Shown: piece by piece, positions 13,218 through 25,200 of the stretch
How positions within the stretch are numbered: position 1 is the stretch's first letter
How the letters are laid out: every line of letters begins with the position of its first letter
From: Octopus bimaculoides
Taxonomy: Eukaryota
Length of the DNA stretch: 46,789 nt
Direction of reading: 5' to 3'
Assembly: GCF_001194135.2 (NCBI RefSeq)
Contig: NC_068984.1
Span: 45,882,225-45,929,013 of the forward strand
Translations under genes and position numbers: made by a program
The notes under the pieces: model-generated
Told to the model about the DNA's origin: nothing
Database searches by the model: none
What the model saw: only the letters and a program-made list of their open reading frames with translations

Positions 13218-13392
13218 TTTCAGATGTTGGCTCATAACCAGCAATTTCGCGGGTACTTGTTTTATCGATGTCGAAAGCCTAAAGGATGAAAGACAAAGTC
13301 GACCTCGGCGGAATTTAAACTCAGTACATGAAGACGGACAAAACGCCGCCATTTATTTTGCCCGACGCGGTAACAATTATGCCAACTCGCCG
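13218..13392 (-). mobile_element. SINE family B copy with internal deletion, in tandem with the previous copy
   Basis: Contains ggatgaaagacaaagtcgacctcggcggaatttaaactcag, the reverse complement of the family B B-box/core region. Confidence 0.8.
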
Positions 13393-14029
13393 TCTTACAT
13401 ATAGAGAAAAAACAGAGGAAAAGAAAGAAAATATTAACGCACTGGTAAATAAAAAAAAAATCGCTTTAGGACATCTAAGTCTATTTGATATTGATCCAAC
13501 TCTCAGACAAAACGCACACACACAAACACAAGCACAAACACACACACACACGCACACACATACATACACACGAAGGTAAACTCCACTACTTCATTTATAC
13601 AGACAGACGCATCAAAAAACAAATGCTTGTTCGAGTGGATATCTGTGTGTATGTGAGTAACAGTATGCGCGTATGTATGCGTATGTATGTGCATGCGGGT
13701 ATGCGTTTGTGTCACTCCGTTTCTTTATATCTGTGTGTGTATGTATGTGTCAACAGGTAGTTTCATTTTCAATAAGCATGCACATACATACAGATACACG
13801 CATGTGCACATCCGTAGGTATATATGTATGTGCCTTTGCTTGTGTGTGTGTGTATGTTTGTTAGTGTGTGAATTTGGGCGTGCCTATACGCGTTTATATA
13901 TATATATTATATATACAATGTATTTATAATATATAATATCTTATATATATTACTTATATGTATATATGTGTATACATATATATACCTATATATACATTTC
14001 TATCTATCTATATAAAATACATCCATACT

Positions 14030-14083
<54 letters not shown>

Positions 14084-14654
14084 CACACATACATATATAC
14101 ATGCATATATATATATAAATTGCATATACATATATATGTGCATATGCATACACACACTCACAAACACAAAAACACAACAGCACGGAAATAACTTGTATAT
14201 AATTTTTAGATATACATTTTTATAAACACGTATGTATAATAGTTGCTAAATTGCGTATGTGTATCAGGGTTTTTGTGTGTATATATGCGCAATTGAAAAA
14301 AGAGTGGAGGGAATTAGTTCAGTGAAAATCTTGCATGACAGATCTAGCACTTAGCAAAACAGCAAAGAAACGAAAAGCCAATATCCTTAATCATCAATTT
14401 GTGTATGTATTCTGTAGAGAATATTGAAGGTTTTCAATTTTAACACGGCAACTGATTACTGAAATGACAGCTCTCTCTATCTTATAAAAGAGAAAAACCA
14501 AACTGTTATTCACCAAAGTGAAGGTAAATAAATTTGGAGAGACTGACTATATCTATAAACGAAATCTAAAAGAAAGGATATTTGTATTCTGTCTCGGCTT
14601 GACAACATTCTTCCAGACAGAGGTTGATCAATAGAGCAAGGCATTTTTATGTGT

Positions 14655-14720
14655 ACACTTGATCTGCTAGAAATAGTTACAAATGTTTTTAAACTTACAC
14701 ATTACAGCCTAAAAAATGTC
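14655..14720 (+). mobile_element. Fragment of repeat family E
   Basis: ctgctagaaatag motif shared with 16305-16476 (rc) and 44742-44898. Confidence 0.35.
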
Positions 14721-14920
14721 ATTTAGATATACAAAACAAGCGTGTTTATCTTGACCGGGAATTCTTGGATAATATGTCAACTAAATCAAGATTGATCTGA
14801 TCTTGACAATAAACAGTACTTTCTATTGTTTTTGGACAAATAAGGGAGTGTGCTTGCAGAATCGTTAGTCCGAGTTATTGAAATGTTCTGAGATTGCTGT
14901 TAAAAGGTCACATGGGTACT

Positions 14921-15000
14921 GCCATGGCTGCGTAGTTAATAAGCTTACTTAGCGATTAGGTTTGTTTCAGGTTCGACCTCACCTGCCCAGTACGTAGTGA
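14921..15000 (+). mobile_element. Degenerate tRNA-like SINE head
   Basis: A-box-like tggctgcgtagtt and B-box-like ggttcgacc at tRNA-like spacing. Confidence 0.35.
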
Positions 15001-15624
15001 GTCGACTTAGATGTCTGTGTGAAATTTGCTAGAAAGAAACATATTTGGAGATCCTTTGGAAGGGACTGTTACTGTACTTGGTTGATAGATTTAATTTGTG
15101 CGTTTCACAACACCAGCTGGTTCTTAGGAGCCATTAACAGAATAACGTAGACAACATGTTGCATGCATTCTGTCCAGACCACCGAGCTTGCTAATAACTT
15201 CCACCATTCACCCCACCTGTCCAGTTTGGGAGAACGCAAAACGACTAATGAGCGTTGGCCTACCACATCGAATTCGCTGATTTAAAAAGAAAATATTCAG
15301 CGCAAGATAAATCAGATTTCTGCAGAATTTGGTTGCTCGGTTCTTCGACTACTTAATACTTCACGGATAATATTGTATCATGAATAGTGGGCTCTAGATA
15401 TGCTCAAATAACCCTGAAGAAAAATATGTTATAGCTACAGTTATAAACACATCACAATCGCATGCTTAAACGTATTGTTTTCGTGTATATTTTATTAATA
15501 TCCACCACTTTAATAAAAGTTTATACTACACACCTTTAGGTATGAGTAGAATTTAATGCTTACCAAATGTTTGCAGCGGAAAATCCTGTCTACCTTACAC
15601 ATAATAAGCCAAGAAATACAAACA

Positions 15625-15674
<50 letters not shown>

Positions 15675-15998
15675 NNNNNNNNNNNNNNNNNNNNNNNNNN
15701 NNNNNNNNNNNNNNNNNNNNNNNNNNNNNNNNNNNNNNNNNNNNNNNNNNNNNNNNNNNNNNNNNNNNNNNNNNNNNNNNNNNNNNNNNNNNNNNNNNNN
15801 NNNNNNNNNNNNNNNNNNNNNNNNNNNNNNNNNNNNNNNNNNNNNNNNNNNNNNNNNNNNNNNNNNNNNNNNNNNNNNNNNNNNNNNNNNNNNNNNNNNN
15901 NNNNNNNNNNNNNNNNNNNNNNNNNNNNNNNNNNNNNNNNNNNNNNNNNNNNNNNNNNNNNNNNNNNNNNNNNNNNNNNNNNNNNNNNNNNNNNNNNN

Positions 15999-16036
<38 letters not shown>

Positions 16037-16304
16037 TCAGGATTAAAATATAAAAGACAACAAACGGAAAATTTGACATATATATGAATTTCATTAGTTG
16101 TCAATGCATACATTTCTTGAACAGCCATTAAGCTTTCACTTTTGTGTAATGGCTACTGAAATCGCCATAAATTGACCGCTGTTTTATATTCTGTTCGCAC
16201 TGTATGGGTTTAAGTTGACGTTACGGATCGACTCCCGTAATTATCAATAATAATTATTGTAATGGAATTTGTGGTGAGACTGCTGGTGATGATTATGAGA
16301 GAAA

Positions 16305-16476
16305 TGTTATTTGTTTCATCCAGTATCAATCCTGATTGAGCACGCCTATAATCAAAGGTACTCCAGCAAGTACCATCACGATTTTTATATACATATAGGA
16401 ATACATTGCTTAGTGGTCTTCTCCTTTCTCCGTAGATGTGGTTTGAGCCAGATTTGCTGCTATTTCTAGACGTTCC
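16305..16476 (-). mobile_element. Repeat family E (SINE-like 3' portion)
   Basis: rc reads ctagaaatagcagcaaatc...gatggtacttgctggagtacctttgatt, homologous to agaaatagcagctcaatc...ggatggaaacagctagcacacctttgatt at 44742-44898. Confidence 0.6.
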
Positions 16477-17328
16477 AGCTAATTTTGTAGAAACCAATTT
16501 TTTATTTTGTACAGTATTTGTTACTTTTGTTGCGAGTGGTGGTGAAAGTGGTAGTGACGATGGATGTGGTGGTGATAACGGTGTGGATAAAGAAACACTT
16601 TCAGACAGGTTTTTATGAATTTATCCCCATTAGATAGAAAGCTATTTTTTTCGTCTATCACGGGTGGAAAGCAATTATATTCATATCGAAGAACAGATGT
16701 CTTTCATATTTTCATTTTGAAATTTTTCATACGATAGAGGGAGTTGGGGTATAATCATAATTGCATCCATCAATATGCGATCATTTCTACTGGTGCTACC
16801 AGACAGAGGCGAAGTTAAAAGATTTATGATTTAAGGAATATGATGTCCAGGTCATTTTGAAGGCTGTTCTCCCCGTGTCAGTAAACGTGTAACATTTACT
16901 TTTCAACTCAATTCTTTCTCCTCCTCCTCTTCCTCCTCCTTTGTCGCTGCCGCCACTAACTTCTCGTCAATATCACCACTTTCCTTAACCTGATGGATGA
17001 AACTTTTATGATCGTAAGCAAACTGTAGAATAAAAAATGTTTCTTTATAACATTAACCTCAACAGTTTCCACCGTTACTAAGCATTATCATCTTCAGTAT
17101 AAATTCAAAGAGGACACTCGGTCAACTAATTAGACATTACTTTTGACTGTAGAATTTTGTCTATGTGCCTACATTTCTGTGTTCTGTTCTACAACCCAGC
17201 AATGGTCGAAGATTCAAATGACTAGATATGCACGGAATTACACATACAAAGACATACATAGACACATACATTTATATTTTAGATGTTAGATTCTTAAATC
17301 TAAAACGACATCGGAAATTTTGTAAAAA

Positions 17329-17773
17329 CTTTTGACAAATGTTGTGTTTCTTTATGAAAGAGAAATAAATATTGTTATCACACTTGTCACTGTTTCGTTA
17401 TCGAAACGATATAGACATCATTATAACACTTGTCGTATTAAACTTGAAATAAAAATGCGACTAATACGACTATAGATGTATCAAAGTCATTCTTACTTAA
17501 AAATATAAATTCTCAAGAGCATACACGCACCCTCCCTTACTCTATTTTTGTGTTATCCGCATTCATGCATGCATATACACATACACAAACACACATTTAC
17601 ATATATTGACGAGTATGTGAGCGTATGTATGTAAATATGTAACCACTTGAAAATTTATATTTTTAAATAAGAATGACAAAGAAATATCTGTACGTGTGTT
17701 AGCGAATATTCAACATGACAAGTGTGATAAAAATGATTATATCACCTCTATAAAATACATCATTTGTCAAAAG
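17329..17773. mobile_element. MITE-like element with imperfect ~60-bp terminal inverted repeats
   Basis: cttttgacaaat (17329-17340) / atttgtcaaaag (17762-17773) and ttatcacacttgtca (17375-17389) / tgacaagtgtgataa (17716-17730) are exact inverted pairs in colinear order. Confidence 0.6.
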
Positions 17774-18544
17774 ATTTTTTAAAAAATATTATAAGAGCGT
17801 ACATGGCTTTGAGGAGCTAACTCTATATTGTACATATATATTTTGTAGTTTAATACACTACTGACATTTTAAACCTTTGACCAGCAATTCTCTCTCTCAC
17901 TCACTCTCTTTCCCGCTCTCTCTGTCTTTCTCTCACTCTCTCTTTCAATCTATATCTCTATACATATAAAGTATGCGTGATTGTATGTATGTATACACAG
18001 AGAAGGGAAAAATAGACGCGTGTGTGTGTATGTGTAGGTATATGTGTAGGTATATGTATATATATATTTATAGTCTTTATTTGCGACGGAAGCAATATTA
18101 GTTCAAAATAGTAATCTATATATTAGACATTAAGGCAGATATATTACTGAATGCCTACTAAACTGCGGAATTCGTCTCAAGAAAGTATCTCATATAGACG
18201 TGTAGTATTAAAAATAACACTATACGCCTATAAGAGATTATTTCTCGAGACGAAAAGCGAAAGTTAGATGGCTCTCAACAATATAATTGCGTTAAGTATG
18301 ATATAGTTAAAATTACAAAAAGTTATCAGCAGTAGATGAAAATCTTTCAGCGACGTTGGTTGTATTGCTAAATACATATTTTTGATACTTTGAGCTCCAT
18401 CACTAGCAAGGATCCATTTACATATATCCATATACTTGTGCTTTACGTAAAAGATTCTGTGACAACCATCAATATGATGACCGCCGCATTTCTTCAGCGG
18501 TTGTAAATCCGATGATATACACTTAGTGTTTCTCATCAGGCTAT

Positions 18545-18759
18545 GTGTGCGCCTAAATGTGGCGGTCTCATAGGGGACGATATTGCTGTTGGTTATATCC
18601 CCAAGAAGACATCTCCTCCAGCCGGCTAACGACACACACACTGTCTGTGTCTGATTAATATTTGCGGGTCTGTGGAAGGCTAGAAATGAGAACAATGATT
18701 TCCCTTCGCAAATACTAATCAGACACAGACAGTGTGTCGTTAACCGGCTGGAGGAGATG

Positions 18760-18760
<1 letters not shown>
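18545..18760 (+). repeat. Repeat family F copy with fold-back inversion
   Basis: Homologous to 30595-30880; arms 18609-18666 / 18707-18760 are inverted repeats. Confidence 0.7.
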
Positions 18761-18960
<200 letters not shown>

Positions 18961-19992
18961 ATAGAGGGAGAGGGAGAGGGAGAGAAAGATTGCTCGATAG
19001 ATAAGTAAATAAACATGAGTTTCGAAGTTTATGTTACAAAGCAGTCGAAACGCCTATCAGTCTTCCTTTGCTTCCTACGACCCATCATAAGAAGCAATAG
19101 TCAATGACAATTACTGTTTACATATATTGAGTGAAACAAATACGCAATGACATATTTTCCGAAGTAGGTACACACTACAATACTGACTGGACACCGGACA
19201 TTTTCTCTCTCAGGTCAGTAACCATTTGACAATGTGTATCGATGCTGTATACTAATCAAAAACTAGTTTCAAATAGTGGTAAATCTCTCGAAATAGATTT
19301 TTCATTTTACCCACTAATACCCTCTCATTTCCTACCGTACTCACACTCACACTCATGCTCACATGTTCCCACACAAAAGCAGACATTGTCAAACTTATTT
19401 TATTCTGTCTTTCGTTGATTTTCTTTTCTCTTTTATGATTTTTTCTTGCTTTCCTTTATGTTTTTTTTTTTAAATTTTATTCTTTTATTACTTAGTTTTC
19501 ATTTATTTCGACGTCATACTAATGAAACTCTAAAACTGAATAGATTAACTGCACAAAAATAGAAAATAATGGGATGAATCGAGGCGGCGGAAAAAAACCC
19601 AAAACAAAATAGTAATAAAACAATACCGAACGTATAAAGAATATAAAATAAAAATACTAATTTTTTTTAGTGTTGTTTTGAATTTATTTAAATGAATATT
19701 TAAATGAAACATTTTCATTTAGGCTTCATGAAAGAAATAACGCTACAAAACATATTAAAAAAAAACAAAATTCGGAAAAGCAATAAAATTATATCCTTTA
19801 AACACACTAAAATATGATTTATTACTTTGGTAGCAGATTTACAAACTAACTTTTATTTGAATGAAAACTGGAAATTAGAGTTGTAACAACCATACATTTC
19901 TCAAAAGAGTAAGGTATTTAGGTGGTGTGAAGTAGTTTCCCTATGTAAAAACCGAGATACACTCATAAAAGGAAATGTGAATTTGTGATCTA

Positions 19993-21077
19993 CATGTGGC
20001 CGTGTGGTTAAGAAATTTGCTTCGCAAGCGACTTTGCTTTCAGTTTAACTATGCGCCACTTTGACCAAGTGTCTTCTTCTAGAGTACCGAATTGGCCAAT
20101 GCCTTCTGATCGATTCTTTGTGTATGAATGAACTATGTGATAGCCCGTCGTACACATATGCATATGTATGTGTGTATGTATGTATATATATATATATATA
20201 TATNNNNNNNNNNNNNNNNNNNNNNNNNNNNNNNNNNNNNNNNNNNNNNNNNNNNNNNNNNNNNNNNNNNNNNNNNNNNNNNNNNNNNNNNNNNNNNNNN
20301 NNNNNNNNNNNNNNNNNNNNNNNNNNNNNNNNNNNNNNNNNNNNNNNNNNNNNNNNNNNNNNNNNNNNNNNNNNNNNNNNNNNNNNNNNNNNNNNNNNNN
20401 NNNNNNNNNNNNNNNNNNNNNNNNNNNNNNNNNNNNNNNNNNNNNNNNNNNNNNNNNNNNNNNNNNNNNNNNNNNNNNNNNNNNNNNNNNNNNNNNNNNN
20501 NNNNNNNNNNNNNNNNNNNNNNNNNNNNNNNNNNNNNNNNNNNNNNNNNNNNNNNNNNNNNNNNNNNNNNNNNNNNNNNNNNNNNNNNNNNNNNNNNNNN
20601 NNNNNNNNNNNNNNNNNNNNNNNNNNNNNNNNNNNNNNNNNNNNNNNNNNNNNNNNNNNNNNNNNNNNNNNNNNNNNNNNNNNNNNNNNNNNNNNNNNNN
20701 NNNNNNNNNNNNNNNNNNNNNNNNNNNNNNNNNNNNNNNNNNNNNNNNNNNNNNNNNNNNNNNNNNNNNNNNNNNNNNNNNNNNNNNNNNNNNNATATAT
20801 ATATATATATATATATATAATCTTATATGTCCGTATGCACGTGTTTGTATGTATATGTGTGTAAGTGTGTATATGACTTTGTCCTTATCTTTGATCCTCC
20901 TAACGCTTGACGACTGGTGTTGGTTTGTTTATGTCCACTGTAACACAGGTGTTCAGCAAAAGATGACCATAGAATAAGTATCAGACTTAGCATAAGTTGT
21001 CGGGTCGATTTGTTCGATCAACCCTACAAGTTAATGCTCTTGCACGGCGTCAGTCCGCTAACTGAAACAAGGTAAAG
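19993..21077 (+). mobile_element. SINE family A, diverged copy spanning an assembly gap
   Basis: 5' half 19993-20152 ends in gcccgtcgta; 3' half ~20875-21077 (gcttgacgactggtgttgg...gggtcgatttgttcga...ctgaaacaaggtaaag) resumes after gap 20204-20794. Confidence 0.7.
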
Positions 21078-21771
21078 TGTACATGCTTCCACACATGTGA
21101 TTTCAGCGGATGTGACGTATAGATAGTTTGTAACTTTTTACATGAAAAATGTGACAATCTAATTGGACAGAGATAAAAATCTGTGATGTTCATGCTTTGG
21201 TAAATGAAAATTTATATTCTTTGATGTGAGCAAAAAAACCCTGAGTTGTTTTTATGTGAATAGAAATTGTGTTATGCTGTTCAAGTATTTTTCAAGTAGA
21301 TTATACATGAAAGTTTAATGTAATTCTTTTTCTCACAAAAGCTTGAAGCCAGAGACCTTAGCAACTGAAGGGAAATAGTGAGCTGTGATATCCAATAATT
21401 TATCCCGGAAAATGTAAATATACTGTAATAGCTCCTGTCTTTGATTCTTCCATAAGCAGTAGATGTAATCATTTTAACAGAAGGAAACCAGGAATCCGTA
21501 AACATAAGAGAATTGTTATAGTTTAAATACAGAAACATAAAAGCTGGGATATTTTTAAGCGAGAGAAAGAGTTATAACATTCATGTTTTTCCCCATCGAA
21601 CATAATGATATAAGTGAAAGAAAATTGTTCTTGCAACTTCTGTTATTGCATGCATTTAATTCGAAGTTATGAAGGCCACGTTAAGTGAAGAAAAATAGGT
21701 AAATATCGCGATCAAAAGGCTATTATTAAGCATACATATAAGAATGCTTATATATACATGTGTGTGTGTTC

Positions 21772-21802
<31 letters not shown>

Positions 21803-22569
21803 AATATATATATATATATGTGTGTNNNNNNNNNNNNNNNNNNNNNNNNNNNNNNNNNNNNNNNNNNNNNNNNNNNNNNNNNNNNNNNNNNNNNNNNNNN
21901 NNNNNNNNNNNNNNNNNNNNNNNNNNNNNNNNNNNNNNNNNNNNNNNNNNNNNNNNNNNNNNNNNNNNNNNNNNNNNNNNNNNNNNNNNNNNNNNNNNNN
22001 NNNNNNNNNNNNNNNNNNNNNNNNNNNNNNNNNNNNNNNNNNNNNNNNNNNNNNNNNNNNNNNNNNNNNNNNNNNNNNNNNNNNNNNNNNNNNNNNNNNN
22101 NNNNNNNNNNNNNNNNNNNNNNNNNNNNNNNNNNNNNNNNNNNNNNNNNNNNNNNNNNNNNNNNNNNNNNNNNNNNNNNNNNNNNNNNNNNNNNNNNNNN
22201 NNNNNNNTATATATATATATATATATATATATATGCATATTTATACATATATACATACATACATACATACACACATACATACATACATACATACATACAT
22301 ACATACATACATACATACATACATACATACATACACTAGCAGGCTCATAAATGCAAGACAGTGGGAAAATAGTATTCGAATACCAAAGGCATTCGAAAAC
22401 TTTTATCAAAGGCGAAAAAGTTTTCACAAATTGTTAGAGTTTCACGTTACCGTTTGTAAGGACGTCGTGGTCAAACAATATGATTACAATCAACTGTCCG
22501 ACGAACGATAACGTGAAGCTCTTTTTTACGACTTTTATATATGTTTGTATGTTGAATATGAGAGGTTTT

Positions 22570-22930
22570 CGTATCCAGATGACCCAAAATGGCGGGTAAT
22601 GCTATGTAAGTGCTACAGAAGGACTGTAGTTAGGGTCCCGGTTCAATAATAGTAAGAGTGAGGAGACTAATGCCGGTCGTGTGTGAGCATGTATATCTTA
22701 AATAAAATGAGACAATAAAGCCAAAGCAATGTGAGATTTCTAGGATATCTATAAAGAGAAAGGTAGTCTTACAGCTGTTTCGGAGATATGACGAACATCC
22801 CTTCATCAGAGACGATATGGGAGAGTTAAATAGAGGGAAATATTGAGTTCAATATAAGAATTTATTTTGGAAAGGGAGAGATATAGGAAGTATAAATGGA
22901 AATAAGAGAATAAAAATAATAATATACGTT
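22570..22930 (-). mobile_element. Probable Penelope-like (pLTR-type) non-autonomous repeat carrying a hammerhead motif
   Basis: Contains the HHR at 22766-22813 with a pyrimidine-rich leader on the minus strand; boundaries approximate; no RT or GIY-YIG ORF seen. Confidence 0.45.
22766..22813 (-). ncRNA. Minimal type I hammerhead ribozyme motif (HHR1)
   Basis: rc: GUCU-CUGAUGA-A-GGGAUGU-UCGUC-AUAUC-U-CC-GAAA-CAGCUG-UA/-AGAC. Intact core, 4-bp helix I, 7-bp bulged helix II, palindromic ACAGCUGU helix III, GUA cleavage triplet. Confidence 0.75.
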
Positions 22931-22968
22931 GGCTTTTAGAGTTGCATACATATATGTACATATGTATG

Positions 22969-23000
<32 letters not shown>

Positions 23001-23390
23001 TGTATGTATGTATGTAGGTAGGTATGTATGTGTGTGTGTCTTTGTGTGCATCGTTGTTTGACTAGTTGTAACAATGACAAATTTCAAAATCATGTCCATT
23101 TAAGAAGCTACTGGAATGCATATAAAGTTCTGCATTTAAGCATCTTCTTATAGAGATTTACACACACATACACATGCAAATACACACACTCAAGCATTCA
23201 AGTGCACACGCACACGCATGAGCAGACACAAGCAGTTTTTCATGATGGATCGCGATCGAAAAAAGTCGTGGTCATAACAACTTGAAGTAAGGTTTTTCTA
23301 TCTCGATTTAAAACTTCAAGTTCTGTCGTTATCAACATCACCATCATCATCATCATTCTCATCATCGTGTCGTCGTCGACGTCGTTCGGT

Positions 23391-23431
23391 CAGTTGGTCA
23401 ACAATCAGTTGGTCAACAATCAGTTGGTCAA
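23391..23431. repeat. 15-bp tandem repeat (cagttggtcaacaat) x2.7
   Basis: Directly visible exact units. Confidence 0.9.
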
Positions 23432-24570
23432 TCGAAATTCTACGGTCTGATTCCGAATTCACTCTGTAACTACTTTAATGTGTGCAGTAACCGATGAAAA
23501 TTCACTGAATATCCAAAGCTCTCACCCATAAGATTTATGTGTAAAATAACATTTATTCTCTGAGAAAAATCTACAAAATTGTTCTTTTCAAATTCAACTT
23601 CATAATGAGTTATAACAATACGTTTTGCTATTGCGCTACAAATATTCTCTATCACATTCATTGAAGTTTATCAATAATACACCTCTAACACGATGTTCTT
23701 ACTGAGTCTGTACCTAGATTTAAAAGCGCCATAAATTAATGTCTTTGAGATAATCAACAATGTGTTCAATATTATCGAATTTTCAAAACATGACAGTCAT
23801 ATATGTCGCCTGTTCTATGATTTAGCTTAAACATACGCACTCGGTCATTCCCTTGCACCCCTACTCCTCGCCACTGTCTCACATACATTCGTTCATATAT
23901 GATAGTCCGACCTTTGTGAGATATATAATTTTTATCTTACTAAAAATTGACTTGAAACCATGGTACAGAATATAGATTGGTAAATGTTTTTATTTTTCAT
24001 TCCCTTTCGAAATTATCCCTACTTTTTGTGGTATGTAGTCTTGCTGCTATTTCTAGCGGGTTAGATGTCCTATTACAGGCATCTCTGTATTTTAAATTAA
24101 ATAAATATATATATATTNNNNNNNNNNNNNNNNNNNNNNNNNNNNNNNNNNNNNNNNNNNNNNNNNNNNNNNNNNNNNNNNNNNNNNNNNNNNNNNNNNN
24201 NNNNNNNNNNNNNNNNNNNNNNNNNNNNNNNNNNNNNNNNNNNNNNNNNNNNNNNNNNNNNNNNNNNNNNNNNNNNNNNNNNNNNNNNNNNNNNNNNNNN
24301 NNNNNNNNNNNNNNNNNNNNNNNNNNNNNNNNNNNNNNNNNNNNNNNNNNNNNNNNNNNNNNNNNNNNNNNNNNNNNNNNNNNNNNNNNNNNNNNNNNNN
24401 NNNNNNNNNNNNNNNNNNNNNNNNNNNNNNNNNNNNNNNNNNNNNNNNNNNNNNNNNNNNNNNNNNNNNNNNNNNNNNNNNNNNNNNNNNNNNNNNNNNN
24501 NNNNNNNNNNNNNNNNNNNNNNNNNNNNNNNNNNNNNNNNNNNNNNNNNNNNNNNNNNNNNNTGTGTCCT

Positions 24571-24708
24571 TATGTTTGCGAGGGGGAGACAAACTTCTCC
24601 ACCCAGCCTAGTCAGCATTCAGGGACATGTTTCTGAGTCTTTGCTCGTCATCAGCCTGAAGTAGCATGACCAGCTGGTTGAAGAAGTCTGTCTAGCCCTC
24701 GCAACATA
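24571..24708 (-). repeat. Long imperfect inverted repeat (~54-nt arms) with HHR2 at the apex
   Basis: Arms 24571-24623 and 24655-24708; about 45 pairs by hand alignment including G-U on the minus strand. Confidence 0.85.
24618..24660 (-). ncRNA. Minimal type I hammerhead ribozyme motif (HHR2)
   Basis: rc: UUCAGG-CUGAUGA-C-GAG-CAAAGA-CUC-A-GAAA-CAUG-UC/-CCUGAA. Intact core, 6-bp helix I, 3-bp helix II closed by a C.A apposition, palindromic ACAUGU helix III, GUC triplet. Confidence 0.7.
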
Positions 24709-24787
24709 TATAATCACAGTGAAATTTATTCACTGGTTACCAAAATTTGAAATATATATTTCAAATATGTATATATATATGCATGTA

Positions 24788-24849
<62 letters not shown>

Positions 24850-24889
24850 TACACACACATTTGCACTCACGCAAATATTTACGTGTAAC

Positions 24890-25200
24890 TGCGGTATTGC
24901 TGTTCGCTGTGCGACCCTGAGTTCCCGGGTTCGATCCCACTGCGTCTGCGTGCGATATTCGATAAAGATATGATTGACTATAACATCAAGCTCACTCGTT
25001 CAAATATTGTGACTAAAAATATTCCGGCAGTAATTTTTCATTGGCTTAATGTAACTGAAGTTAGAAAGATATAGTCATCTGGCGTACTGTATCACGCTCA
25101 TAATTCCAACAGAGAATTGCTTCAAGGGTACACATGTCTGGAATACTCAATCGCATAGACTTTAACTGAACACCAGATAACTCAATTGAGCGTCCAACTC
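24890..25200 (+). mobile_element. Diverged SINE (family C) with tRNA-like head
   Basis: B-box gggttcgatccc near 24927; downstream agagaattgcttcaagggtacacatgtctg resembles a remembered cephalopod SINE body. Confidence 0.4.

Noticed and set aside
16210-16497. 95-aa minus ORF that looks protein-like
   Set aside because: Overlaps repeat family E, which also occurs at 44742.
17062-17100. Minus-strand CUGAAGA...GAAAC
   Set aside because: No credible helix I or helix II.
18515-18545. Minus-strand CUGAUGA-GAAAC with a good helix III
   Set aside because: No helix II at all and no helix I pairing; explained by a simple local hairpin.
23470-23661. 63-aa minus ORF
   Set aside because: Flanked by in-frame stops, no splice signals or motif; expected by chance.
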